DNA from: Phoronis australis
Taxonomy: Eukaryota > Animalia > Phoronida
DNA: 64,000 nucleotides
Assembly (NCBI GenBank): GCA_002633005.1
Contig: NMRA01000156.1
Coordinates: forward strand, 394,469-458,468
Direction: 5' to 3'
In this document: positions 1 through 13,915 of the stretch, piece after piece
Numbering within the stretch: the stretch's first letter is position 1
Layout: each line of letters opens with the position of its first letter
Made by a program: the position numbers and the translations under genes
The notes under the pieces: generated by a model
The model's input: the letters and a program-made list of their open reading frames with translations, nothing else
The model's database searches: none
What the model was told of the DNA's origin: nothing

Positions 1-149
1 TTCCGAATTTGACACTTGAAATTGAATCTGAGCCCCCCCCCAAACACTAAAACTGCATACATTTAAATCTTGTTTCATACGTATAATTTTAATTACCTGG
101 GTTAATTAATAAACGAGGTATCACTTTCTTGATCGGGACAGTTGTAAGT

Positions 150-540
150 TCCGTGACTTGCTCAGTGCTTCATAATGTCCAGTTTGAAGAACTGACATTT
201 TTATCAATTTACTTTTATAAATATCTTTTGAAATGTTCAGGATACCTTTAACAGGGAGTGAAACATTCCAAATTGGCCAAAAAAGTTCAAAAAGTTAGAA
301 TTTTAGAAAACCAAACACGCGTCTGCTTAGACTCCGTAGTTCAATTTGAAAACTTAAGGTTTTAAAGGATAGTTCGACAAATTACCCTTGGCACCTCCCA
401 AATTAAAACTCCTAGCCCCCCCCCCCTTACCTACAGGAGGGTTTTGCCAACGAAAGGAGAATAATTTTTGCAGAACCTCTATGCATTGTGGGGCTTTGAC
501 CAGGCTTGTAGAAAGATAGAAATCATTGGGAGGTTACAGA
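150..540 (+). repeat. Segmental duplication block A1 (paralog at ~39441-39778)
   Basis: gtgacttgctcagtgcttcataatgtccagtttgaagaactg...gaggttacaga is colinear with gtgacttgcttagtgcttcacaaagtccagtttgaggaactg...aaggttacaga. Confidence 0.85.
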
Positions 541-1184
541 ACCCCGTCGCGCAACCATTTTCAATAACGGTACAAATTTCCAACTCCCTTCACTCCTTTC
601 GGTTGCTACCACTTTCTCCCTCTGTCCTGACGCTGTAAATAATTTATGGGGCGCGTTCCCCTTGCTGTTCTGGTGAAACATATTAGCATTAAATTTTGTT
701 TCTGTTTACAAGTACGACTCTGTAACCAAACGAATTTTAACCAGCTACTCGATTATCGATTCCTTATCTTCAAAATTGCGTCGTAAGAATAGGAGGCCCA
801 TGTTTTACAAATGTTATCTTTTGTTTTAAAGCGTGTATAAACCCATCTTGTGTCACCAAGCAAATTTAATTTAGACCAGTTACCGTTATGGAATTGGTGC
901 TATTTCTATATCTCTTTTTAAATCACATCTGATCAATGATTGGTTGAGGCTAGGCTCTACAAGTTGACTTATCACAGCGTGCGGGTTTCTCGTCATTTTA
1001 TTTGCGGGGTATAGTCTCGATGAACTGACAGTTGTTTGAAAGACCAAAAATTACTTCTCATTTGAGTAGAGAACGAGTTGAGTCAAATATATTGATGGAA
1101 GTGGTCTTAATCAAAATTCAGTTTTAACGGAATGCGGGTTCATTGCCGCTTTTAATTGTGTAGTACAAGGAGCATAATTGAACA

Positions 1185-3482
1185 CCAAACCGTGCATTGC
1201 GTTTTTGTCACACAGGCCGCCCAACGTACGACTTGGACACATTATGATGTTATAAACTCACCAGCCGCCAAAATTCCGGAGTCAATGTAATTGACCGCTG
1301 CTATGGTAAAGGCAATTTAATTCCCGTTAAAACCTTTTTGTGAAGTATTGGAGATTTCATAGTAATTCGATACCGGAATCGTCTTGCTAAAAACCCGCCA
1401 CTGCGCCACCAACACCATAAGGTCTCTCAGGTATTTTCATAGCCTCAAACTCAGATATCTGAGCCTCAAACTATCCCTCGCAGGTGTCTCGTATCTACGT
1501 ATGTGCGAGCGTCACTCATACCAGCAAAGGCATTTCAGTACAAGTCATTTGCATTTAAACTCGCGCGCAAGGACACGCAGCTGGTGATCACATCTGACGA
1601 AACCAAATAACGTTTGTCGATAGTTTTACACTAAGAATGACCGTTGCATGATGTATTTCCCAACTGCAAAAAGTTTTGAACAAAAACTGATAGTTGACAG
1701 ACCGAACGCGTGATCAACATACGATCGAAATCCCAAACATAGCCTCCTTTCATGAATTACTTAGCGGAAGTTATCTTATAATAAAACAATTATAGACTCT
1801 CACTCTCGGTCAATGTATTGTCTTTCACACCTCAAAAACTGACACACTAATCTCAGTGAAGGTCAATACTTATTTATCGTTTTCCCTTCTAATACACTAA
1901 CTCCTTGGAGATAGCAATAGGTTGGTAAAATATTTCACTTTTCTACTTTGCGCAGTCGAGGCGCATTTACTTTAGTTTCGAAACTATTTCGTTTTTGCCA
2001 CAAAGACACCAGTTCTTTGCGTAATGCTCTATAATAAAATTTTCACTGGCCCTCGCATTTTACTGTCGACTGCACAACGGGAAACAACATTAAATTCGTT
2101 TATCCTTGCTTAGCTGTTCACGGCAGGCAGTTCTGTTTTCAGTACGAAGAACCAATGACGCCACCCACTAACAAATTTCAAAGTTCACCATACTTTTACA
2201 TACTCAATAAATAGAACTTGGAATTTTCCAAAATAGACCCATAGACGGAAACAACTTTTCAAAAACGTCACCGATGAAACCAAATATTCGACCGCGCGTA
2301 TTTTCAGAAACAAACTTGTCTTTTTAAATGTATTTAGTTGTATCTCACTAGTTAGATTTTTTTCGTCCATGCTTAATTCGAATTCAACAAAAAAACAGTG
2401 CGCATGCGTCAACGGTTAAAACAGTCCGTCATACACTGCTGATGCGGTTAGTTATCCACTGTCATGGTAGCCCAATATCTCGTCATTTTTGTGAAATTGT
2501 GATTCCAAACTATACTGTCTTGTCAAAATCAACTAAATTTTTCCTCAAAACGTATCACATACGCATTTCAGAACAATCCGTCAGATTTTTTTTCAAAACA
2601 TGCAAACAGTTACCGAAAATAGGCCCAAGAGCGTGCTTTAAGGTAAGTCTGTTTTCAGAAATTCTCGGTACGTTGGAAGAAGGACAAGTTTACGCCGTGC
2701 TCTTTCTAACTGTGCAGGCAAAGTTTATACTAGAGGTCCCCATCAAAAAGGAATTCAACTGTTTATTTTTTCGTGACAGCTCGACCACAGAGGCTTGAGG
2801 TGACTCGTAGCATTCGATCTCAACGGTCGTATGCATGCAGACACACAACTCCCTCAAGATCAAAACTACGTTTGGTCTTCATTTTTCCCGGCAACTTTCT
2901 ATCATATGTACACGGTGTTGACTCAATATCATGGAGACTTTGTGAGTGAAAGCACTGGGGGTACATACGGAGATGCTTTGTACCTGGCGGTTGATTCGAT
3001 GTGATTCGCTGCTCCGTAACCGTTGACCTCGGATAAGGAGTGAACAAGTTTGCACGCGGCCGTGCGGTTCCAAATTTGTTCTGCTAAATCTTTTTTTTTC
3101 TCGCTACACGATATGTATTTCGTATTTGAAGTTCCCCGCGAATGAAGATAAGGTATTTTGGTAGACATATGTGAAATATTGTAAAATGGCTAATTTTTGT
3201 GAATAAGGTTAGAGATGTCTTTAAGACATGTAGGGGCACGACGTTAGGTAGAAGCCTAATCAATAAATGAAATACCACAGATTTTATTAATGGTCAGAAA
3301 AGTGCAATAATGTGGTTCTTTATTGGATGCCCTTGTTGACGTGATTTGCTTATTGCCCGGGAATGAAAGCAGGTGCCGCATGGTGTTATTACCTGCACAC
3401 AGTGCTCAGTTATTAAAAGTTCTTGCACGCGGTACTACGATTCTGCTGGGAAAGTCAATCTAGTTTTCTGTTTCAAGTACAT
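1185..3482 (+). repeat. Segmental duplication block A2 (paralog ~44781-47992, which has extra insertions)
   Basis: Colinear matches 1185-2700 vs 44781-46105, 2795-3060 vs 47437-47700, 3200-3482 vs 47708-47992. Confidence 0.9.
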
Positions 3483-4609
3483 CGTCAACTGCTTTGTGGT
3501 AATGCTTTTTAGTGAGGTACATCTGTACAACTACGCAGTGGCCGAAAGTTAGAATTCAGAACCACACCGTAAGTGGTGAGCGCAGGTATTGAGAAAGCAA
3601 TCAAATGATACGAAATAAGTACAATTTTAAATAATGTTTCTTAATTTCCGATTGGAAACCTTCACGATTCCACCCTCTTTGTATTTTCATTAACTGAGGA
3701 ACTTTGATGTATCGTTGAATTTTTTGAAGTTTGGTATTTTGTGTAAAGGTCTTTGCCTACTACACGTCTACTAAACAAAGTGGGCGTCATCAAATTCGTT
3801 TTTCCACCCACCACAGCAGCCTAAACAGAGGCAACTCTAGCAAGAATTGTGAAATTTACATGAGTTACTTAAAACACACCTCTAATTCAATTAGTTGTAA
3901 AAATACTTTTGAGGTGATTTCTGATTCAGTTCGTTGCACGGTGTCAGTTCAATTTTTTTAACGACTTAGAATACATTTCACCTCTTTCTGATATTCTTGC
4001 GTCGGCGTAATGCTAGTAAACGTTTTTCTTGGATTTCAAGTGCATAAAATTTCAATGTTTCGTTTTTAGACAAACTCTTACACCGCTAATTTTTTCAAAT
4101 GTTTTATTTTGAAGCCCCTTGTGTTTTCTATGAAATCAGAAGAAATTAGGTGGTTCACCGACTTAGTTTTGTGCTATAAGAATGCTCAAGTCCAATATAA
4201 CAATTGCCCAGCTGTATTTCACTAGATGTTGAATATGTTGTGTTTGGAGATTCTGAAATAAGTTAAGTTGATGGGAATAACCTAAGACGAGACGATTTTT
4301 AAATAAATTCAAATTGGCGTTTTACCGCGAATTAGTCACACTTAATGTCTACTTTTGTGTTAAATGTGACGCCATTTTGAAATTCAATGTCCGATGTTAT
4401 TACTTAACGCCACATTTACAAAAATTCGAGACAAATCAAATCAAATAAACTGTTAAATGAGATAAAATAACATTGAACATTTTTATAATATAGCTTGAAT
4501 AAAGACAACTTTTCAAGAATGTAGCATTGAGTGAGGGCGCTTCCGAATGCGGAATGTGAATGGCTTCATGTAGTTTCAAGCTACAGCGTTTAGTATCACT
4601 GTCAATAAT

Positions 4610-4849
4610 CAGTGCGCACCCACGGTGGCTCGGGGGGGGGGGGGGGGTNTTCGTTCGAGCAAAACGTGCAAAAGGTCCGCCTCAGAGAAACAAAAATGTC
4701 CGAGAAAACGAGACAAAAGTCCTCTAAAAAGGCGCAGACGCTCAGTGAAGGTGGTATCCCTTTTTCTAAGTCCTCCCGCTTTTTGACAGCAAAAAGTCCA
4801 CATCGCCAGAAATTTTAACCCCCCATATTAAAGGCTGGGTGCGCGCATG
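4610..4849. mobile_element. MITE with CA...TG ends and 4-bp TAAT TSD
   Basis: Imperfect TIR cagtgcgcaccca / tgggtgcgcgcatg; taat at 4606-4609 and 4850-4853; poly-G tract and one N inside. Confidence 0.6.
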
Positions 4850-7751
4850 TAATCGTAAAGCCGCGTTCCCCAGCGGCTTCTCTACAGGCAGCATTATTTC
4901 CAATTGTCTAAAGACATGTGAATTCTTATCGCTAACTAGACTTGTATTTTCTTTGTGGCGAGGGCCTAACTAACTGGGGGTAGCCAACACATGATGAAAA
5001 CGTGGCCGAATTTGCAAGGAATTGAATCTGTACTGCTCATCGGCATATTACAACGCCTCGGTGGTTATCGAGATCATGAGTTTATGACATTTCTGAATAC
5101 TTTGGGAATGGTATAACAACCTTTAGCAATCCAGTCGTTATTTTTCGAAAGATATTGGCTTTACTCTCCCGTCCGCTTACATTTATTTGGCATTTTTACA
5201 GATTGCGTAAAACGCCAGTCACCCAAAGGATTGCAGGTGGGCTATCATCAATAGTGTAACCCGTAAATAAACGGTCACAGAAATCACCTCATTTTTTCAC
5301 AATTTCAAGACAGAAGTTCAACTTATATGGGAATATGCAGATAGCATCTATCCGAAATCAACTGCTGTCTTACTGAACAAAAGATCTCCTGTACGATACC
5401 AAGGCTTGTACTACACTCCTTGGTGATACTTTCTGGACCCTGGATTGGTTGACTAGTATCCAGCAATCTGCGTCCTGGGATGCGCGCGGAAAATTTTTCG
5501 CGCGATTCGCGAAAAAGATCTGTGGAAACGCATCTGACTTGGTTTGTTCACTATACAGCATCAAAGAATTAGAGGAGTTTAAATAGTCAAAATGGTGACG
5601 AAACCCAAACGTATATAAGTCGATGTCATTCGGAACATCGTGGTTATTTTTGTAGCCTTCAGATTTCCCAAGAAGATGATTGGACGTTACATGTGCGAAC
5701 TTCAGTTATGCGGAAAGACATGTGACGTTCAAACTGGATAATGTCCTATTACTGAAGTTCGCACATGCGCACACATACATGTCAACCATTTTTTGCTCTA
5801 ACCACAGTAATTTTTGTAAACCATAGCACTGACGAAAACGAGTCAAATATGGTCAAGTGTCGAAATGCCTTGCATGTACCTACCAACTATCAGAGGCTCT
5901 TACATTTAGAAACTATGACTAAGTGTTGGTGTACTCCTTGGTAACCCCTTTGGCCTTGTTGAGCAAGAATCGCGATATGAGATTATCTCGACAAAAGAGA
6001 TTGTCAGTAAAAACCAAAGCGGTTTGAACGTCGGCAAAAATACATATAATTACCGAAAATACGTAGCATTTTGACGCTACGCCGTAGCACTACAGAAACG
6101 GCAAAAATACGTAGAAAATACGTAATTCACGTATTGGTTGACACGTATGCACAAGTAACGTTCATCTTCGAGAGGAACTTTGGAGCTGCGAAAGTATCCG
6201 AAGTATTACGCTGGATGAATGAATGTGTGTCTCTGGCTACTTCGGTAGTTACCATTTTTTGTTAGCCAAACAGTGGCACGCATTCATCAGCACACGCTGT
6301 GTATGGGATTGTGTTCAACTTAGACTGTGCTGGACGTCAGCAATATTAGCGTATTGATATTTTACAGTTGAAACTGGTCTGCTGGATTACCTTTTTGATT
6401 TCCTAGATCTTCGTATCCTTCGATAGGATGTTGACTGTGATGAGTCACGGGAGCTCTCGTCGTGGGATGTCGAAACTGCCTCTATACTCTCGTTCCAGGA
6501 TAGAACAATTTGAATCTGGCTCCACCAAGTTTTTTGAGAAAAAGCTGTAGGGCTGTGATAGCGTAACGAAGTGACGATAAAAGTTCACCTTCTCAGCGTA
6601 CATATCCTGTAGGATCACATTTTTGACTTTTACCAATCTGCTACCGGTATTGATTGGGTTATGTGACTTTTGTATATTTATTGAGATTTGGTAGACTAAC
6701 ATTCATGACAGAACAGAGGCATCGGTAACATGATCACAAGTTTTGGTTGATAGAAATGTACGATACGAAATCTCAATGTTTTGTTTTCGTTATATGCTGT
6801 TTTTGAGTCTTTCATAAAATCATACCAGGATAATAACCTTAGCCGGTAGGTAAACGATCAAAGGCTGTTTGATTGTAAACCATAATCCTTTGGATTCAGT
6901 AGTTTCTAGGTAGTATAAATGTCACAGCAGGTCCTTGAGCGCTGTTTCGGAAACAACGGTTTCTTTAAGTCACCTTTTGTTACTGAAAAGGTCTTACGGG
7001 TGTTATTTCTTTCCCGAAAAGCTCCCATCGGAGCTTTGTAGTGATAAGTGTTTTATTGGAAATCCCCGGTAACTGCGAGGCATGAGCAATGCGTTCTTAA
7101 GTCGATGGCCGAGTTCTGTGTTGAAAATGTGGGAGAGTGGTGCAATTAAATGTTGGTTACTCGAAAATGTTTCTTTTAGTGGTCCGTGACGTAGGGCAAG
7201 GTAAGTGTCAGCCAAATGCAGGAGACACAAGAAACGTCCGACCGGACTGTTTACAGTGTTGCATGTAAAAGTTCTTTGTTGGGTTGACCACAAATCAGAA
7301 TTTTAGTGAACTGAACGAGCATAGCTTTCAAGAGCGATTCCTATTTACACCAACCAGATCCAACTATATAGTCGAGACTGGCTATTTGGAAACATGTGTG
7401 CACCTACTAAATCTAAATAGATAAATTGACTTCAAGTATGTACGTTCAGACTCGTCTGTTATTTTATAGTTAAAACTATGACAGATAAAACTAAACATTA
7501 GTTTACACTAACATACAGCCTATATGCTACTGCGCCCGCACATTCGGAATGTTACTTCTATCTATACTAGCAACATGAAAGTACTACGAACAGCCAATTA
7601 GTTTCAAGTTGTCAATCAATTCTTAAAACCATCCTTTATTAAACTGACCTTTCCGTTGACCCTGTACTCACACCCTCATTCACTCTGAGTTGAACAATTT
7701 AATCTAATGTGTTTTTAATAAAGTTTCCAGTTCACACTCTGGTCAGGCAAG

Positions 7752-7793
7752 ATGCAGGTTCTTACGTGGGCCCTTGTCGTTTTATCTTTTACG
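7752..7793 (+). CDS. First coding exon (signal-peptide start) of a secreted protein of unknown family
   Basis: Acceptor tttccag ends 7730, ATG at 7752, MQVLTWALVVLSFT, phase-0 donor GTGAGT at 7794; joins 19175 in frame to give MQVLTWALVVLSFTVLLVEG. Confidence 0.65.
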
Positions 7794-10700
7794 GTGAGTA
7801 TAGTAAGGCATTCGGGCTTTTAATGTTTTAAAGAATCAGAAAAGGTGCATGTTTTATAATACCGTAAAGAATGAATTACGCGGATATCTGTTAAATGAGC
7901 TCTGGTGACTTTTTTCGTCAATTTGGTTTCGTTATTGCAGTAATCAAACTGCTCTGGGCAATATTGACGAGGCTTAAAGTTGCTGTTGACGAATAAAACG
8001 GTTGAAATTAACTAAGCATTAATTTAGTTTTACGTATGTTTTTCATTGAAAATAAGGATGATCTCTAATTCAGGCAAACAAAATCCCCAAAGCCACGACT
8101 CCTTGTATTCTCTCACAATAGTCGCCAAAAATTATTCGGTGTCGCCGAAAAAAATCCGAAACATTGCTGCGAAAACGATGGATCGTGACATGCGCACGCG
8201 CCATTTCCTTGCTATTTTCCTCTCGCGTCCAGCCTTTATGAGCATTCGAGTGAACCGCTCTGATAATTTTCCTCTACTGGCCAATTAAGATTGGGTCTAC
8301 CGGTGTATTTAAAACAGCTAAACTTAAAATGTGCGCTTTTACATAATCCAAACGGTAAACGAGAGTTTAGACCGCCATCCTCACTGCTCACAATGTCACT
8401 CTAGCAGAATACTTTGTTTTATTTCCAGTATAACTGTGCTTCTATTTCGGTTTCTCATAAAGTTTATCCAAGAACGAACATCGTGCAATTATCGAGCGGC
8501 AATGGGAAAAAGATTTGTTTCAGAAAAAACATAAGAAGTAAGGGAAATAAGAGACTAGCTCAACATGGTAAAGTATCTCACCAAATGGTCTCGTTTTCAA
8601 GTACACGCAGTTCACTAGACTTGTGCTCATGGAGACGAGACGAATTCAATCTATTGTGGCTCGTGATTGGTCATAAAATGAGGTCGAGCTAGTCGGAGCC
8701 TCCCAATATTGGGCGCCGACTGGTCCAATCGACGCTTTCGTCTTTTGCTTTTAGTTCCACTTCCATGTCCGTTCAGTTATGGCAACACCTTTGTAAACTC
8801 ACTCTCTCACTCTGCGATGGGCTTTGTAGTTAATGGCCAGCAATGAAGCAAACGTTTTCCTACAGACTACACTACGTATCATCATGGGCGGCGCCGTCCT
8901 TGGTCTATGGGCGGTGAACCACAGGGGGGCTGGGGGGCTATAGCCGCCCACATTTTTCAGTGCTGCGCCGCCCATAATTATGCTACTAATAGAATACTAC
9001 TGAGAATAAGTCACGGTTTACAGACTAATAAAAAATAACTTACACAAGTATTTTGTCAACAGGCCGCCTTAATGCGAAAGTAACCATGAAAAGAATGCTG
9101 CGTTGACCCCCTAACCGGTCGAGATTGCGCAACTCGACCGGTTTGCGCACCACAAAATCTACCGGTTGAGATCAAAGACACCATGCAGTTGTGTTTAATT
9201 AAATCACCTCAGGCTGCTTATGTCGTTATGTAGATCATGTGATCAATAGTATTTTTAAATTTTCGTTTTGAAAGGTTTTTGAATTTGGAAAATTGGAAAG
9301 AAATGTGACTTTTTACAACTTATAACTTTTGCTTAATGTTACAATAAAACATTCCTTATTAATTCTGTTGCTTGTGCAACATAATTAGGTGAATTACTAA
9401 ACCACGAGGCAGCAGTTGGATTTTGAGGTAAACCAAGTGTCATCGTAAAATTCTTGACATGCACACCTATAAAAGTAGTCGACTCACGTGACTTTCCAAA
9501 TAAGGAAGACAAAACAACCAGGATCTTGACAGTATGTTCGTCTTGCACAAAACTGGCTGTACCCCGGATGCCGGAACAGGCCAGTAATTCACCGGACTAT
9601 AGTTAACAGGGTCTAGATGTGATAAAAAAATTCGTTTTGGTAGCGCAATATGTATCTGAAGACGGTACCAACTGCGGTGTAGTTGCTAAGAAATGAATTT
9701 TACTGGTAATTAATTGTTAGAAATTGCATTAAAATGAAAACGGTCCTGAAATTTTATATCAAATTGAACGTTTGTAAAGTAGTGAACGAAGAAAATGTTA
9801 CTGAAGAATCCGTAAAAAAGAATAGAGTCAAAAAGTGGCGCATTCTTTCCTGGTGTGCAAAGCCGGCGAATATGATCGCTCCACAAGGCCTCGGTCACAT
9901 AAAGTTTCCTGCGATGAGTTTTAAGGCAGAACAAAGTGCTGGTCATATCTGTCGATAGTCGGGCGATGATCGGGAGAATTTTGAGACAGCCTGCCAGGCG
10001 TCGGCATGAAAAAATACCCCAAATAGTTATCACCGATCCGATAAAAATCGTCCGATTATGCTAAAATCGAGACAGAAGTCGTATGCTGCATCGAACGTCA
10101 CTCTGTAGATGACCAAAAAATAATAAGCAACAACATAACGGAATACCGGCAATTTTATGTAACGTTAACTTAATTGAAGTACTAGAGGACGCGTGGTATT
10201 TTTACTCTGTACGCACTAGTGCGATCTACGGTTTGTATTTTATCTTTCTTATTCTATCCGACCTTTTTCGGACATGGATAATTCCCAAACGCCTTGAGAC
10301 CAATTTCACGCAAGTCACTTCCCAGTACGCAACTTTTAAACCACAGAGGTCACCTAATTTTGAAAATGTTGTATTTGCTACAGTTTTAAGATTTTTTAGA
10401 AAACCTGCAAAAGTGGGGGAAACATTGTTAAAGCTTCAAATAGGAACTATTTCATTACCAAAATAATAAAACTCAAAAACGTGTCAGCGGGACTCCTGGA
10501 TCACACCCAAAATTGTGCGTATTTGGATGAGGGTAATGAAGCTATGTTTTGGAAAACGTGGTTCACTTTAAACACAGTAAAAACAGCGGCAAATTGTTAT
10601 GACCATGTTCCACAATTAGACAAACGAAACAGTTCCTATCATTAGATGTGTAGAGGAATTAGTTTTCACTTCAAAGGGCCCACATTAAATTAATAAAGAT

Positions 10701-13111
10701 CTCTCCTGTGTTCAGATAAGTGCTTCCGGTACCTTCCCTCACCGAGAGTAAATTTTCACAGCAGGGAGCTATCTAGCGCGTGCGTAAGCGCGAACATAAT
10801 AGAGAAACCATGTGCGATAGCGTAGAAGCTGCTCTATCATTAGGCAAATTCAGCAAAAATAAGACATTTTCCTACATGATTCAAACTGTACATGTAGAAA
10901 AAAAAACAACAATTCCAATTTCAGAAAACCAAAGTTAAATTCGGGAACGCAGTTACTATTTCTATTTTCATGTCGCTCAAAATAAGGATATCCCCTATAT
11001 GTAGGGCAAATTTCTGTTTGTGTACTTTGCGGTCGAGCGGCGCAAGATCGACCACTGGCATGTGGCGAAAGAAACGGTTCTGAGGTAAAATGAGCGTATA
11101 GCGATTTCTAACTCAACCATATTGTGAGGTTCGCGAATTATCGTTTCCAGAGGCCAAAGTCAATCCCAACAGTACCACATTTTGCAGGTTTTCCGAAAAA
11201 AAAAACTTTTGTACACACGTGAAAGCTAACATGTGATACAATCTTCCATTCAGATTTTACAGGACAAAAGTCACTGAGTGCAAACATCAATCTGAACTCG
11301 ATACTCCAAATTTATCCATGGGAATAGCAGCTTCAATCCCAAATTCTGAGGTCATTTGATGCGTTTATCGGGTATCTGGTCACTAGCTGCTCTTCTGAAA
11401 ATTCGACCTTTCTATTCTGTTTATATTCTACTGCATTGGCAAGAGCAGTATGTACATTTTTTGTTTAGTAAACTAATTTTCTACTTTGATGGCTCATGAT
11501 GTACCGGAAAGGGTTAATTGGTGTAAAGGTCATCTTATTTCAAAACGATATTTCTCCAACAATTTTAAATGCGTATTTTTCAACTCCCGTAATCAGGTGT
11601 CAGGCAACGGGAATAACCTTTCTAATCTATCCAATTGTCCAATCACTTGCTCTTTGTGGACAGTCATTTATTGCAAGAATAGAAAAGGAACTAGACATTT
11701 AAAATTTAGTGATGCAAGTGGTATTACAAATCAAGTTTCAACCACTCTGAGGTAATTGGGGGCACTTATCGGGTCATTGGGTGCATTTTCTTCTGAAATT
11801 TCGACTTTTTCATTCAACTTGTATTCTAGTGCCACAACAGTCAGACATCTGCAGTTTGAGACATTATGTACAGTCAGTGCTTCTTTAATTTAAGGGGTAC
11901 AGAACAGAACACACGTCAATGGACTCGTCACCCTTTCTTCACTCTGACAAACAATGCAGGCAAATAAAGAAAAGTTTTAAATCCTTTCACATCACAAGAC
12001 CTACAGATGAGCACAGGAACTTTATTCTCTCTTGTATTTTTGACTCGTTTACTCCTGCTGAAACCCGAGCTAGATTAAGAAAAATAGGGGAAAACCGCAA
12101 AATCAGCCCTTTTCACCCCCAAAATCACCACTTCCCTGCTGATGCTCGACTAAAGCCAACATAAGATTCCGAAAGAAAATTTCCTACCAATTACAAAACT
12201 GTGGTCTAAAAGTATTGTCAACCAACTAGTTTTTTTTTTGCAAACATGGCTTGTTTGAGGGCTACCTAAAATCGCGGCCAATTTCTCAGTCGCTACCCAG
12301 CAAAGCACAATTGCAACAGGGGTCCGCCATCTTGAACAAGAGTGCAGCTACAGCCGAGCAAGTGGTCTTATTTCATTCTCAACATGTTCAGAAATACAAA
12401 CAAACCACATTCACTTGGCCTACAGGAAATACCCAAGTAAAATTGCCCCCAAGCCTGGACTACCCCTAGATTTCAATATTTTGCAAATTGGCCGCGGCCG
12501 TAGACTAATCAGTGCCATTATACTTTTATTATACTACTAGGGCTCATCATGCACCATGCCTACAATGTCGGGACGTGAACTTGGATGCACACCAACAACA
12601 CGAGGACCTTTTTGTAAAGTGAGGACTTGCATTCATGTCCTCACATTTCAAAGCCGTATTTCACCTTGATAAGTGACGCTAACTATTTTTTCAATTTCTA
12701 AGAAGTCCTCACACAGTGGGTTATTTACCACCTGCATAACATTCCTAGCACACTTTTATCACAACAAGGAATTTTGCACACGTCTAAAAAGTGCATCAAG
12801 TCTGCATTTAAGAGGATCAACCAATGGGGAAGCTGAATACATTATGGCCAATGGGAGACGTCGTTTTAAAGGGCAGAAGACGGCATTGGCAGAGGTAGAC
12901 ATTTTGCTAGCCGTTTTGTACTTTGGTGAGTTTTTCACTTGTTTCTTTTTAATAATGAATACATGAGAATTTTCGCTTGCCCAGTGTGGAAGAAAAGAAG
13001 TTGGTATTATTCAGTAGTGGCCAATCTTCCCCTTTGGCCCGGATGATTTCCTTTTTTCGACAGATTTTGGTTGGAGATTTTGGTGGTGACATCGAAAGCA
13101 AATGTTCATCG

Positions 13112-13915
13112 TTTCGATGACATAAAGTCGTGAATATAAACATAAAACAGCTGATAGTCATACTACCCAATGTCCGTTAGCAACTGCTCATGTGATGTCA
13201 CGGACATATATCAGCCTTCTCAAATATATTACGTGTTTTGTCAATCTTAGCCCTTGTTTGTCTTCGCAAGCAAAGATTTGAAACCTTCGCTGATATCACC
13301 GGCCATTTTGACTGAGGCTCTAAAGTCGTGACCGTTTCATTTAGATGGAAATGCACGAAGTAAGACCACACAAATCAATTACAGTGCTTACAGTTACTCT
13401 AGACAACATAGAAGCGCATTGCATTGTTTATTAATTCAGTTTCAATTGAAACAAATTGTTATATGTTTTGCACCCGACTCCGTTGTGCACAGACGTTTTC
13501 AATGAGGTTGTTTACGTAAAACGCCAAGAACCAAGCATCAATTATCTGTCTGTTTTTATTGCTTTGGCCTTACAAAACTTGATCGACCCTGGGCCATTTT
13601 GATACATTGTTCAAGCCACCTCTGAAGCGCCTTTTACAGCAAATCGGAACGATGATGAGTTTCGAAAATATGTTCTGAATTGCACAAAAAGTGGATTAGT
13701 GAAATGTGCTGTTTTAAGATACATTTGTAAAAGAGAAGCCACCCACTCACTGTTTATTTTCAATTTGTCAGTATCAACACATTTGGGTATTCGTTTGACG
13801 TTCGTAAGCAGACGAACGCTGAAAACTTCAACGTTAGATGTCGCAGGACCGCTCAAAATCGGAAATAAGATCGTTCACGAATTTAGGGCACTCACGACTT
13901 TAGGACCTCCGACGG
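13112..13915 (-). mobile_element. ~0.8-kb non-autonomous DNA element (Tc1/mariner-pogo-like), inverted copy of 53569-54375
   Basis: Reverse-complement match along its length; internal cctaaagtcgtga motifs; ends ...gacgg|TA. Confidence 0.8.

Noticed and set aside
6445-7293. Coding-like stretches with a GTAAGT donor at 7201
   Set aside because: No consistent frame or family motif could be built
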